From positions 13,673 to 77,672 of the forward strand of contig DATDGF010000089.1 in the NCBI GenBank assembly GCA_036522195.1: a stretch of DNA of 64,000 nt, read 5' to 3'. Below are positions 30,609 to 40,240 of this stretch, in pieces (the first letter of the stretch is position 1; the number at the start of each line of letters is the position of its first letter). This DNA is from Candidatus Acidiferrum sp. (GTDB lineage Bacteria; Acidobacteriota; Terriglobia; Acidiferrales; UBA7541). The notes under the pieces were generated by a model that made no database searches, was not told where the DNA came from, and worked only from the letters and a program-made list of their open reading frames with translations. The position numbers were made by a program, and so were the translations under genes.

Positions 30609-31102
30609 ATGGGAGAAAGCAAGTTCATCAAAGCGTGTCTCGTGATAGCAGCGGCGGCGGTGTGTGCGGTATCCATTTACGGTCAGGACAAGAAAGAGAC
30701 TACTGAAGCGCATAAAATCGTGCATTACGGCGATTTGAAGTGGACGGCAATCATCAAAGGGTGCGAACTGGCTCCGGTGGACGGTGATCCCAATGCGGAA
30801 GGGGCCCCGTTTGCCCTGCGCCTCCGGTGCGCCGACGGAAGCAAGATTCCCGCTCATTGGCATCCGACGGACGAAAACGTGACGGTGTCGGGATGGGAGA
30901 GACGTTTGACGAGAGCAAGCTACAGCCGATGAATGTGGGAAACTTTATTGCCATGCCGAAAGATATGAAGCACTTCGGGCTGTGCAAAGGCGAGACGATT
31001 GTACAGGTTCACGGTGTGGGGCCGTTCAAAGTGAACTGGGTGAATCCGTCCGAAGTGCAGCCGCCGGATGCTCCGGCCGCGGCAGCAAAACCAAAATCCT
31101 GA
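30609..31102 (+). pseudogene. Secreted cupin protein disrupted by a short deletion
   Basis: IPAHWHPTDENVTV (frame A) joins VGMGETFDESKL..HFGLCKG..VQVHGVGPF (frame B) at about 30887; the strand normally between them is missing. Confidence 0.75.
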
Positions 31103-31208
31103 CGAGCGAGATCAATCGCTCTCACAGATTTCAAATTCCAACTCACACCTAGCGCACGCGAGGCTCGAGTGTCAGCGATTGCGCGTTCTGGCTGCGCTCG
31201 AGTCGCTA

Positions 31209-31217
31209 TGCTAGACT
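31209..31217 (+). promoter_or_regulatory. Extended -10 promoter for ffs
   Basis: TG-C-TAGACT about 45 nt upstream of the SRP core. Confidence 0.45.
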
Positions 31218-31251
31218 TTGCGTGCAGCCGCTAAAAAGTGCGCGACTGCCG

Positions 31252-31365
31252 GAGAGTGGAACTTCGGGCTCTGTGCAACGAGGTCCCGCGAACCCCGCCA
31301 GGCCCGGAAGGGAGCAACGGTACCGGGATCGCCTCGGGTGCCGCAGATCACCCGAAGTTCCTCTC
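31252..31365 (+). ncRNA. ffs: Signal recognition particle RNA (4.5S); core about 31264-31354
   Basis: Conserved GAACCCCGCCAGGCCCGGAAGGGAGCAACGGT domain IV; long closing stem; classic position upstream of dnaX. Confidence 0.95.
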
Positions 31366-31561
31366 ACTGAAAAGTGTTTATAGCGTTCAGATATCAGTTT
31401 TCAGTGGGAAAAACGCTAACTTGTTGATGATTTCTCCTCTGTGCTGCGGATCAGACTTGTTGATGGCGGTCGATTAGCGATTGTCAGTGAGAGAAATACG
31501 AAGTGATGCACCGAGTTTTTGTTTTGCTGAACACTGAAAGCTGAGAACTGAAAACCTTCGC

Positions 31562-33361
31562 ATGAGCTACCAAGTCATCGCGCGCAAGTGGCGGCCGCAG
31601 ACGTTCAAGGATCTTGTCGGCCAGCAGCACGTGACGGAAACGCTGGCGAACGCGATCAAGAACGACCGCGTGGCGCATGCGTATATTTTTTCCGGCGCGC
31701 GGGGCGTGGGAAAAACGACGGCGGCGCGAATCCTGGCCAAGGCCATGAATTGCGTGAACGGGCCAACAGCGGAGCCCTGCGGAGTGTGCGATTCGTGCAA
31801 AGAGATTACGGCCGGGAATTCGCTGGACGTGATTGAGATCGACGCGGCCTCGAACCGCGGGATCGACCAGATTCGCGAACTGCGAGAAATGGTGCGGTAT
31901 GCGCCGGCAGCTTCGAGAAGAAAAGTCGTAATCCTGGATGAAGCGCACATGCTGACGGGCGAGGCGTCGAACGCGCTGTTGAAGACGCTGGAGGAGCCGC
32001 CGGACCGCGTGATTTTCGTGATGGCGACAACGCAGCCGGAGGATCTGGCGGATACGATCCGGTCGAGGTCGCAACACTTTCATTTTCGGGCGCTGACGTT
32101 TGCGGAAATTACGGGAAGGCTGGAAGAGATCGCGCGCAAAGAAAATCTGAAGATCGAGCCAGGCGCGATGGCGGTGATTGCGCGGATGGCGGAGGGCAGT
32201 TTGCGTGACGCGCTGTCGCTGCTGGAGCAGGCGCGGGCGTATTGCGGCGACACGATTCCAGACAAGGAAGTGCGCGAGCTGTTGGGCGTGGTGCCGGATG
32301 ACGCGCTGGAAGAGCTGGTGGGCGCGATCGCGTCGGGATCGGCGGACCGGGCGATGGGCCTGGTGCACACGTTTCAGAAAGAGGGACGCAACCTGCAACA
32401 TTTTTGCCGGGAAGCGATCCGTCACATGCGGAATCTGCTGATTGCGCGGGTGTGCGGTGCGGATTCGGAGTTGATTGCGGCGACGCCGGACCAACGGCCG
32501 GGCCTGGCGAAAGCGGCGGCGCAGTTCAGCGAAGAGGACCTGACGCGATTTTTTCAAATTTTATTGCAGACGGATGATGACTTGCGCCGGAAGCCCGATC
32601 CGCGCGTGCACCTGGAAATGGGATTGTTGCGGCTGATCAATGCGTCGCGGCTGGCGCCGCTGGAAGAGTTGCTGGCGGAATTGAAGAGCGGGGCGCCAGG
32701 CGGCGTGACCAATTCGGGAATGGCGCGGGGCGCGACGCAGTCTGCTTCTGCTGTACCGGGGCAGGTGCGTCTTGGAAGTTCGCCAGCGGCGACAACTGGA
32801 TTTGTATCACCGGGAAAAAGTTCTGTTCCAAATTTCGCGGCTGCGACGGCCACGGCACCTGCTCTTGCAGCACCGATTCCTGCACCGATGGCGGCAAAGA
32901 TCGAACGTGAAGAAGAAAAAACCGTTTCAGCGGCGAAGAGCAATGGCGCAGTAGCGGAATTGAGTGGGATTAGCGTGGAGCAAGTGGTGGAAATCAAAAC
33001 GGCGATCCAGGCACAGCAGAAATTTTTGGGAGAGCTGGTCGAGCAGAGCAGCAGGTGGGAGCTCGAAGGAGCGGAATTGCGAATTTATTTCCCAGCGGAG
33101 AAACGGCCGTTCGCGGAAATGCTCGAAGGTAGAGATTCGCTGGAGAAGATCCGTAGCATATCGAGCAAGACTCTGGGCCGAGCAGTACGCGTCTGTGCTA
33201 AACTCGAAGGAGTTGCAGCGGTAGCCGCGCCTTCGTCGCGCGCGGCGAGCGTCACCCAGGAATTGAGCGCGCAATTTGAGCGCGATCCGATGGTGCGATC
33301 GATACTGCAACGCTTCGGAGGAAAAATTTCCGAAGTGAAACGGCGGCAAGAGGAATCCTGA
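31562..33361 (+). CDS. dnaX: DNA polymerase III subunit gamma/tau
   Basis: YQVIARKWRPQTF, GARGVGKTT, DVIEIDAASNRG, ILDEAHML, LLKTLEEPP. Confidence 0.98.
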   Translation: MSYQVIARKWRPQTFKDLVGQQHVTETLANAIKNDRVAHAYIFSGARGVGKTTAARILAKAMNCVNGPTAEPCGVCDSCKEITAGNSLDVIEIDAASNRGIDQIRELREMVRYAPAASRRKVVILDEAHMLTGEASNALLKTLEEPPDRVIFVMATTQPEDLADTIRSRSQHFHFRALTFAEITGRLEEIARKENLKIEPGAMAVIARMAEGSLRDALSLLEQARAYCGDTIPDKEVRELLGVVPDDALEELVGAIASGSADRAMGLVHTFQKEGRNLQHFCREAIRHMRNLLIARVCGADSELIAATPDQRPGLAKAAAQFSEEDLTRFFQILLQTDDDLRRKPDPRVHLEMGLLRLINASRLAPLEELLAELKSGAPGGVTNSGMARGATQSASAVPGQVRLGSSPAATTGFVSPGKSSVPNFAAATATAPALAAPIPAPMAAKIEREEEKTVSAAKSNGAVAELSGISVEQVVEIKTAIQAQQKFLGELVEQSSRWELEGAELRIYFPAEKRPFAEMLEGRDSLEKIRSISSKTLGRAVRVCAKLEGVAAVAAPSSRAASVTQELSAQFERDPMVRSILQRFGGKISEVKRRQEES

Positions 33362-33687
33362 TGGAAGTCAGCGCTCTCCAACAGATGCTTTCGCGATTCC
33401 GGCAACTGCAGGAAGACCTGCAGAGGCAGGTGAATTCCGTAACGATCGAAGCGTCGTCCGGAGGCGGAATGGTCACCGTAAAGATGAACGGCCAGAAGCA
33501 GATTGTGGATGTGCGCATCGAGCCGGACGTTTTCGCGAGCAAAGACCAGGAGATGCTGCAGGACCTGGTGCGCGCGGCGGTGAATGAAGCGTCGCGCCGC
33601 GTGGACGAAGAACTCGCCAACCAGATGAAAAACATCACCGGCGGTATTCCAGGGATCGCGGGGATGAAGATCCCGGGGTTGTTCTAG
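33361..33687 (+). CDS. ybaB: YbaB/EbfC nucleoid-associated protein
   Basis: SSGGGMVTVKMNG..EMLQDLVRAAVNEA; TGATG coupling with dnaX. Confidence 0.95.
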   Translation: MEVSALQQMLSRFRQLQEDLQRQVNSVTIEASSGGGMVTVKMNGQKQIVDVRIEPDVFASKDQEMLQDLVRAAVNEASRRVDEELANQMKNITGGIPGIAGMKIPGLF

Positions 33688-34000
33688 GTTCTCTAATCGC
33701 TAAATCAGCGCTTTGTTTTGCTGCCCGCCATCTTGTTGCCTGCCTGGAAACTTAGAGCTCAAAGATAGTGAATAGGGGTAGGAGATCGAGGGCAGGTGTG
33801 TTACCCTTATTTTGCGCTTATTACCTCGGTTGTGATGTGCGGTCCCTCTGGTGCAGTGCTTGATCTGAGAATCCCCGCCTCCAGTTTCCTCCGTACGTTT
33901 TACGCGTAATCTAAAACAAGACTGGCAAAGCAAGCCGCCGGCCGCCCGAGAATTCGTGTGCGCACCGCGACGGCTTCTGCCAGCAAGAAAGCAATATTGA

Positions 34001-35365
34001 ATGTTGAATGTTTCTGAAGTTAAAGCAGAGCGCTCCTCGGAGCCTTTGACTGAACGCGCCGCGGCGCCTGTCGTGGAGCGCGCTACGGCACCTCTCCAAG
34101 AACGCGCGGTCGCACCTCTTTTGGAACGCGCTACCGCGCGATTCGCAGAGATGCAGATTTCTGCGTATGTGAAAGAGAGATTGACGGGATCACGGTTTAA
34201 CACGCCGACTCCGGTGCAGGCGGCGGCAATTCCGCAGGCGCTGGAAGGCAAAGATGTAATCGCCACGGCGCAGACAGGAACGGGCAAAACGCTGGCCTTC
34301 CTGATTCCGGTAATCGAGAAGCTGCTTGCAGATAAGACGCCGGGCATTACGGCGCTGGTGCTGGTTCCCACGCGCGAACTGGCGATGCAGGTGGTGGAGC
34401 AATTTAACGCGCTGCGCGGGAAGCAATTGCTTCCGGCGGCGCTGGTCGTTGGTGGATTGTCCGAAGGAGCGCAGCTCCAGGCGATTCGCAAAGGAGCGCG
34501 GCTGGTTGTGGCGACTCCTGGAAGACTCGAAGATTATCTTGACCGCAGGCTTTTCCATTTCAACGCGCTGCGCATCCTCATCCTCGATGAAGCGGACCGC
34601 ATGCTGGACATGGGATTCCTCCCGGCGATTCGGCGCATTGTGTCGATCCTGCCTAAGGAACGCCAGACGATGTGCTTTTCCGCAACGATGGAAGGCGACA
34701 TGGCGCGCGTGGTGAAGGACTATCTGCGAAACCCCGTACGGCTTACGTTCGGCTCGACGTCGAAGCCATCGGAGAACGTACGCGTACAGGCGTTTGAAGT
34801 GGCCATGGACCGCAAGCAGGAGATGCTGCAACGTCTGTTGACCAAGGAAACGGGCAAGTGCCTGGTATTTGCCCGGACCAAGCGCGGGACAGAACGGATT
34901 GCGGAGAGCTTGAACCGCAAAGGATTCTCCGCGGCGATGATTCATGGCGACCGCTCGCAATCGCAGCGGACTTCGGCGCTGACGGGATTCCAGCAGGGCC
35001 GATTTCGCGTGCTGGTGGCGACGGACCTGGCTTCGCGCGGGATTCACGTGCAGGACATCGCCCACGTCATCAACTACGATTTGCCCGAAGTGCCGGAGAA
35101 CTTTATTCACCGCGTTGGACGGACAGGGCGCAATGGCGGTCACGGAGTAGCTTCGACGCTGTTTGTGAAAGAGCAGCGGTCGGAACTGTTCCAACTGGAA
35201 CGCACGCTGGGAATCAAGATGGAGCGGCTGCGCGCAGACGACGGCGCGGCTCTTCCTGAGCGACAAGATCGAAAGCCTGTCAACTTGCCGACGATGGAAT
35301 CAGCCCCGAGGCCTGGAAGATTTGTTCTTCCGGGCGAGATTTTCCAGGCGCAGCTCGAAAACTAA
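34001..35365 (+). CDS. DEAD-box RNA helicase (RhlE-like)
   Basis: Q motif PTPVQ, AQTGTGKT, PTRELA, DEAD, SAT, HRVGRTGR. Confidence 0.95.
   Translation: MLNVSEVKAERSSEPLTERAAAPVVERATAPLQERAVAPLLERATARFAEMQISAYVKERLTGSRFNTPTPVQAAAIPQALEGKDVIATAQTGTGKTLAFLIPVIEKLLADKTPGITALVLVPTRELAMQVVEQFNALRGKQLLPAALVVGGLSEGAQLQAIRKGARLVVATPGRLEDYLDRRLFHFNALRILILDEADRMLDMGFLPAIRRIVSILPKERQTMCFSATMEGDMARVVKDYLRNPVRLTFGSTSKPSENVRVQAFEVAMDRKQEMLQRLLTKETGKCLVFARTKRGTERIAESLNRKGFSAAMIHGDRSQSQRTSALTGFQQGRFRVLVATDLASRGIHVQDIAHVINYDLPEVPENFIHRVGRTGRNGGHGVASTLFVKEQRSELFQLERTLGIKMERLRADDGAALPERQDRKPVNLPTMESAPRPGRFVLPGEIFQAQLEN
34028..34147 (+). repeat. 24-bp (8-aa) tandem repeat x5 in helicase N-terminus
   Basis: ERSSEPLT/ERAAAPVV/ERATAPLQ/ERAVAPLL/ERATARFA. 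Confidence 0.85.
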
Positions 35366-35390
35366 GCAATTCTAATTGCAAACTGAAACA

Positions 35391-35419
35391 CGGGCCCTCC
35401 TATCGAATCGGAGGGCTCG
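35391..35419 (+). terminator. Hairpin after helicase
   Basis: CGGGCCCTCC-TATCGAATC-GGAGGGCTCG. Confidence 0.5.
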
Positions 35420-35454
35420 TCTGCGTTTATGAGCAATCGTGGCAAAATACGAGA

Positions 35455-35937
35455 ATGGGAATCCGGCCCGCAGCCAACGGAGACAAGGACGCCATCTGGG
35501 GGATCATGGAACCGATCGTTCGCGCGGGCGAGACTTATACACTTCCACGCGACATGGAACAGAAAAATGCGCTCGCGTATTGGCTATCGGCGCAGCACGA
35601 GGTCTTCGTGGTGGAAGAGAACGATGAAATTATCGGAACGTATTTCCTGCAGGCGAATCAGCCGGGTGGCGGAGCGCACGTCGCAAATTGCGGCTACATG
35701 ACGTCTGTTTCCGCGACAGGACGCGGCGTCGCGCGAGCGATGTGCGCGCATTCTCTGGACCGCGCACGCACGCGAGGATTTCGAGCGATGCAGTTCAATT
35801 TTGTGGTGAGCACGAACGAACGCGCCGTGCGGTTGTGGCAAAGCTTTGAATTTGAGATCGTGGGCCGACTTCCGAAAGCTTTCCTTCATCCGGCATTGGG
35901 CTATGTGGACGCGTACGTCATGTATCGAGGACTGTAG
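35455..35937 (+). CDS. GNAT family N-acetyltransferase
   Basis: [39 protein letters not shown]. Confidence 0.9.
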   Translation: MGIRPAANGDKDAIWGIMEPIVRAGETYTLPRDMEQKNALAYWLSAQHEVFVVEENDEIIGTYFLQANQPGGGAHVANCGYMTSVSATGRGVARAMCAHSLDRARTRGFRAMQFNFVVSTNERAVRLWQSFEFEIVGRLPKAFLHPALGYVDAYVMYRGL

Positions 35938-35978
35938 CGCGTTTGCACGAGGACACGCCGCTATGCTACACATGCTGC

Positions 35979-36578
35979 ATGCCTGATTTTGCCGGTCCTG
36001 TCGAACGACTCATCGATGAACTGAAACATCTCCCTGGAATTGGCCAGAAGACGGCGCAGAGGCTGGCGTTTTACCTGCTGCGCGCGGCGCCGGAAGATGC
36101 GCTGGCGCTGGCGGACGCGATTCGCGACGCCAAAGAAAAGATCCGCGCCTGTTCGGTCTGCCACAACATTACGGAATCGGATCCGTGCTTCTACTGTGTG
36201 GGGCCAACTCGCAGCAAGAAGACGATTTGCGTAGTGGAAGAAGCGCACAACATCATGGCCATCGAGAAGACGCGGACGTACAGCGGGATGTATCACGTGC
36301 TGGGCGGAGCGCTCTCGCCACTCTCAGGACGCGGGCCGGAACAGCTTCATATCAAGACCTTGATCGAGCGGCTGAAGGGCGGAGCGGTGGAAGAAATCAT
36401 CGTGGCGACGAATCCTACGGCGGAGGGTGAAGCTACGGCAGTGTACCTATCAAAGCTCTTGAAGCCGCTTGGTGTCCGCGTTTCACGGATCGGAGTCGGG
36501 ATTCCAGTGGGCGCGGACCTGGAATATGCTGACGAAGTGACGATGTTGAAAGCCATGGAAGGGCGAAGAGATCTGTAA
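35979..36578 (+). CDS. recR: Recombination mediator RecR
   Basis: [14 protein letters not shown]4 zinc finger, [30 protein letters not shown]. Confidence 0.97.
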   Translation: MPDFAGPVERLIDELKHLPGIGQKTAQRLAFYLLRAAPEDALALADAIRDAKEKIRACSVCHNITESDPCFYCVGPTRSKKTICVVEEAHNIMAIEKTRTYSGMYHVLGGALSPLSGRGPEQLHIKTLIERLKGGAVEEIIVATNPTAEGEATAVYLSKLLKPLGVRVSRIGVGIPVGADLEYADEVTMLKAMEGRRDL

Positions 36579-36630
36579 TCTAGCGGGAACGAAACCCTCG
36601 AACTCCATCCCATGCCTCGCTAAAGCTTGA

Positions 36631-36639
36631 TGATACAAT
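36631..36639 (+). promoter_or_regulatory. Extended -10 promoter
   Basis: TG-A-TACAAT, about 150 nt upstream of the DUF962 ATG. Confidence 0.5.
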
Positions 36640-36789
36640 AGCTTCCGGAGAGTGAATTCCGAGGCTCTGCTAGTACGCCTAGGACGCTCTAGCCAATTTC
36701 CCCATTTGGGTATAGAGTCCGAATTCCACGGTGGTTGTTCCCCCGCCGATTGCATGGCAGCCGCCGCACGGCTGACAGGAGGTGCGCCA

Positions 36790-37107
36790 ATGCCGAGTCT
36801 GGCGCACTATATGGCGCAATACGATCACGAGCACGAATCCGGCTGGAATAAGTTCCTGCATGGCGTAGGCATTCCGATGATTTTTGCAGGGTTGATCCTG
36901 TTCCTTTTCACGAAGTGGATTTGGGGGACGGGATTTTTTGTGGGCGGATGGGTGCTCCTTTTTCTCGGCCACCGGATCGAAGGAAATCATCCGGCGTTTT
37001 TTCAGGGACCAATCTATTTGCTAGTAGGGCCAATCTGGGTCGCAAAGGAAGCATGGATGTTCCTGACCGGAGCACACCGCAGGCCGAACTCGGAAGGTAC
37101 CCCGTAG
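36790..37107 (+). CDS. DUF962/Mpo1-like membrane protein
   Basis: Y..EH....NKFLHGVGIP..FLGHRIEGNHPAFF..GP; CAGGAGG RBS. Confidence 0.85.
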   Translation: MPSLAHYMAQYDHEHESGWNKFLHGVGIPMIFAGLILFLFTKWIWGTGFFVGGWVLLFLGHRIEGNHPAFFQGPIYLLVGPIWVAKEAWMFLTGAHRRPNSEGTP

Positions 37108-37186
37108 GGCACGGCGACGAAGAAGTGGCATCGCTGCCACGCGTTTGAGAAAAATCTAAGCACACTGAGGGACGGCGGCGGCTTGT

Positions 37187-40100
37187 ATGAACAATTCAGG
37201 CGGCGATTCTGCCGATGAGAGAGCTGAGATGGTGTCCGAAGACATAGCCAGCGCGAGCACGGAGTTGAGGAAGCGCCGCAGCACCAGGATCGTGCAAGCG
37301 GTGCCACTCGTCACGACGGGAGTGGACGCGCTCGGGCGGCCGTTCGTGGAACGGACCTCTTCGCTGATCATTAACTGCCACGGTTGCCGCTACCAGTCGA
37401 AGCATTACGTCTTGAAAAATATGTGGGTGACGATGGAAATTCCACACCCCGAGGCTGGCCAACCGCCGAGAAGCGTGCGGGGCCGCGTGGCGTGGATTCA
37501 ACGGCCGCGGACGGTGCGGCAACTCTTTCAAGTGGCGTTGGAATTGGAAATTCCCGGAAACGTCTGGGGCATCGCATTTCCACCGGAAGACTGGATCGCG
37601 TTTCCGGACATGGCGCAAGGTGGGACAAAGTCTGAAAGAGTGGAGGAGACATCACATTCGGCGTCGCCCACGAACGAAATTACATTGCCTCTAGGCGAGC
37701 CAGAGCTTCCCTCTTCGAGCGGACCGGACAACGTGCGGGTGTTCCCTTCTCCGGCGAGCACGACGGATGCGTCGTTGCAGTTGGCGCGGCAGGTTGCGCG
37801 GTTGGTAGCGGACGCCAAGCAGCAGATTCAGGCGGCCACGCGGGAAGCTGCTTCGCAAGCGGTGTCAGCCGAACGGCGGCTCTCCTTCGAGCAGTGGGAA
37901 CAGAAGTTTGCCGCGGGGCGCGCGGAAATCGCAAATGAGGCGTCCCACGCGATCGCGCGGCTTCACGATGAAGTCGACGACCGATCGCGCGCAACACATG
38001 CCGCGTCAGCGGAGGCGCTGCGGAATGAATTGCCGCGTTGGCTGGCGCCGCAACTCGAACAGCTCACGCGAGAGCTGACGTCGCGACTTTCAAAAGAAGG
38101 CGCGGCGCAGCGCGGCGAACATATCGAGCAAGCCGAAAAAATGTCGGGAACACTGCGGACGCTGTGCCAGCAGGGCGAGGAAACTGCGGCACGGGTGAAG
38201 GCCCAGACTGAGTTGTCGGAAACACAAATTTCCGCACGGACGGACGCGGCGGCGCAATCCGTGGAAGAAACCGCGAAAAAGCTCGAAGAGGCAGCAACAA
38301 AGCAGCACGAGTCATTGGAAGCTGCGGCAAACGCGATCCGGCAACAATTCGAAGTGGTAACCCAAATGGCAAGCGAAGCGGCGAAGAAACTGGAAGAGAC
38401 GACAGCCAAGCGGCGCGAGACTTTGGAGGCCACGGCCAGAGAGATTCAGCAACAGTTCGAATTGGCGGCGCGAACTTCTGGGGAAGCCGCGAGGCAACTG
38501 GAAGAGAGCGCGGCGAAACACCGTGAGACGTTGAACTTTGCGGCAAACGATGTGCAGCAGCGGGTTGCGGAAGCGCTCGCGGCAGCGCAGTCTTCGTGGC
38601 ACGCGCAGCTTGCAGGTGAACTGGAAGCAGCACAATCGCGGTGGCGCGCCGCGATGGACAGTACTCTCGCGGAAGCACAGGATCGCGCGGCAGGCGGGTT
38701 GAACGAGCATGCGCGCAGCTTGCTTTCACACTTGCAGGAAGAGATGGCCCGGCAAACCACGGCCATGCGAGAAGCAGCGGCTGGCACGGCGGCGGAATCG
38801 GAGAAAAAAATGGCCGCGCTGCGGGACACGCTTCAGGAGCAGTCGCAACGGCTGGAGGCAGCGCTGGCACGGACTGGCCAATCCGCTGAACAGATGGAGA
38901 GTCATGCGTCCCAGCTTGAAAATGCGAAACAGCAGGCGCTGGCGGGATTTCATGCGCAGTTGGATGACGTGCTGAACATTCACCGTAACGAGCTGCACCG
39001 GCGCTCGGGATCGTTGATCGAGGAGATCAACGATCGAATTCGTGCGACGTTTGAAGAATCCACGCGGCAGGCGCTGGCCACATTCAACGGGCAAGTCGAA
39101 GAAATGGTGCAGCCGCACATCTCGCGGACGGAGGAAGCGATTCACCGGCTGGCGGGAGGGCGTTCGCTGCTGGATGCGGCGCTGACGCTGCAACAAGACC
39201 GCATCCGCAACTCGGCGGATGAAGCGTTTGCGGAATCGCTGGGGCGCTTCCGGGAAAACCTGGGAGGCGTGGAGCAGATTCTGCAGGAGGCTTCGGAAAC
39301 GGTCACCGGGCGCAACCTGACGGAATTGGAAGGAAAAATCAGCGATCTAAAGCACCAGGTGGTTGAGGAGCTTTACAAGTCCGCGGAATGGTACGAGAAA
39401 AAAGCGCAGACGCAGATTCAGAACCAGGCGGACCGCGCGGTGGAACAGGCTGCGAATCAGCTGCGGGAGAAGGCAGGAGAGGTGTCCAGCGTGTTTGCGA
39501 GCAAGCTGGATCATTCGAGCCGCAACTTTGTGGGGCACACGCAAACGCAGATGGAAGAAGTGGTGCGGGAATCGTTCGAACGAGCACGAGCGCTCTTTGC
39601 GGAAGCTGCGGATACTACCGCGGCGGCTTTTACAGATGAAGTGCAGCGCACGGGGCGGCAGGAGTTGGATGGGTTCGGCCAGGAGCTGATGCGTGCGACG
39701 GAGGAAGCTCGGTCGGAAATGGGCGCGGCGCGCGTGGATCTGGCACATCAAGTGACCGCCGAGCAGCAGGAATTCCTGCGCCGGTTCCAGACGGCGACGG
39801 CTGGAGCGCTGGAAGCCGGTATAGCGGACGCGCGGAAACGCGTGGAGGAAGGATTCGAACCGCTGCTGGATTCGTGGAAGTCGATGACGGATGCGCATCA
39901 GAAGGAAATGGAACGCGTTTACGGGAAGATGGGCGAGGAAGCAGCGGACCACTACAAGACCAAGCTGGAAAATGTTTCGAATCAGTGGATGCTGGCTACC
40001 GTGGCGTCGCTGGATCACCAGTCGCGGGACATGATTTCTGGAATCGCGGCAATAGCGGAAGAAAAACTCCGCGAAGCCTGCAATCAGGTTTTTACGGGAA

Positions 40101-40198
40101 TCGGAGAATCGCTGCGCGAACGGCTAAAAGAGATTGCTTCGGGCTTCACCCCGCCGGAACCTCCCGAACGGGCAAAAAGCGCGAATTCCGGAAACTGA
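37187..40198 (+). CDS. Large protein: N-terminal PilZ-like domain + about 750-aa coiled-coil
   Basis: RRSTRI..V.GVDALGRPF.E.T....NCHGC..V.GRVAWI..VALEL..PGNVWG; long A/E/Q/R helical region. Confidence 0.75.
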   Translation: MNNSGGDSADERAEMVSEDIASASTELRKRRSTRIVQAVPLVTTGVDALGRPFVERTSSLIINCHGCRYQSKHYVLKNMWVTMEIPHPEAGQPPRSVRGRVAWIQRPRTVRQLFQVALELEIPGNVWGIAFPPEDWIAFPDMAQGGTKSERVEETSHSASPTNEITLPLGEPELPSSSGPDNVRVFPSPASTTDASLQLARQVARLVADAKQQIQAATREAASQAVSAERRLSFEQWEQKFAAGRAEIANEASHAIARLHDEVDDRSRATHAASAEALRNELPRWLAPQLEQLTRELTSRLSKEGAAQRGEHIEQAEKMSGTLRTLCQQGEETAARVKAQTELSETQISARTDAAAQSVEETAKKLEEAATKQHESLEAAANAIRQQFEVVTQMASEAAKKLEETTAKRRETLEATAREIQQQFELAARTSGEAARQLEESAAKHRETLNFAANDVQQRVAEALAAAQSSWHAQLAGELEAAQSRWRAAMDSTLAEAQDRAAGGLNEHARSLLSHLQEEMARQTTAMREAAAGTAAESEKKMAALRDTLQEQSQRLEAALARTGQSAEQMESHASQLENAKQQALAGFHAQLDDVLNIHRNELHRRSGSLIEEINDRIRATFEESTRQALATFNGQVEEMVQPHISRTEEAIHRLAGGRSLLDAALTLQQDRIRNSADEAFAESLGRFRENLGGVEQILQEASETVTGRNLTELEGKISDLKHQVVEELYKSAEWYEKKAQTQIQNQADRAVEQAANQLREKAGEVSSVFASKLDHSSRNFVGHTQTQMEEVVRESFERARALFAEAADTTAAAFTDEVQRTGRQELDGFGQELMRATEEARSEMGAARVDLAHQVTAEQQEFLRRFQTATAGALEAGIADARKRVEEGFEPLLDSWKSMTDAHQKEMERVYGKMGEEAADHYKTKLENVSNQWMLATVASLDHQSRDMISGIAAIAEEKLREACNQVFTGIGESLRERLKEIASGFTPPEPPERAKSANSGN
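38273..38580 (+). repeat. 108-bp (36-aa) tandem repeat x about 2.8
   Basis: Units begin at 38273, 38381, 38489: AKKLEEAATKQHESLE.. / AKKLEETTAKRRETLE.. / ARQLEESAAKHRETLN.. Confidence 0.8.
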
Positions 40199-40240
40199 AA
40201 GACAGGCTACGGGGCTATATCCAACGCCGAGTCCTCTGAT

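Noticed and set aside
32909-32923. A6 run in dnaX as a gamma/tau frameshift site
   Set aside because: Reads GAA AAA ACC, not an in-phase X XXY YYZ such as A AAA AAG.
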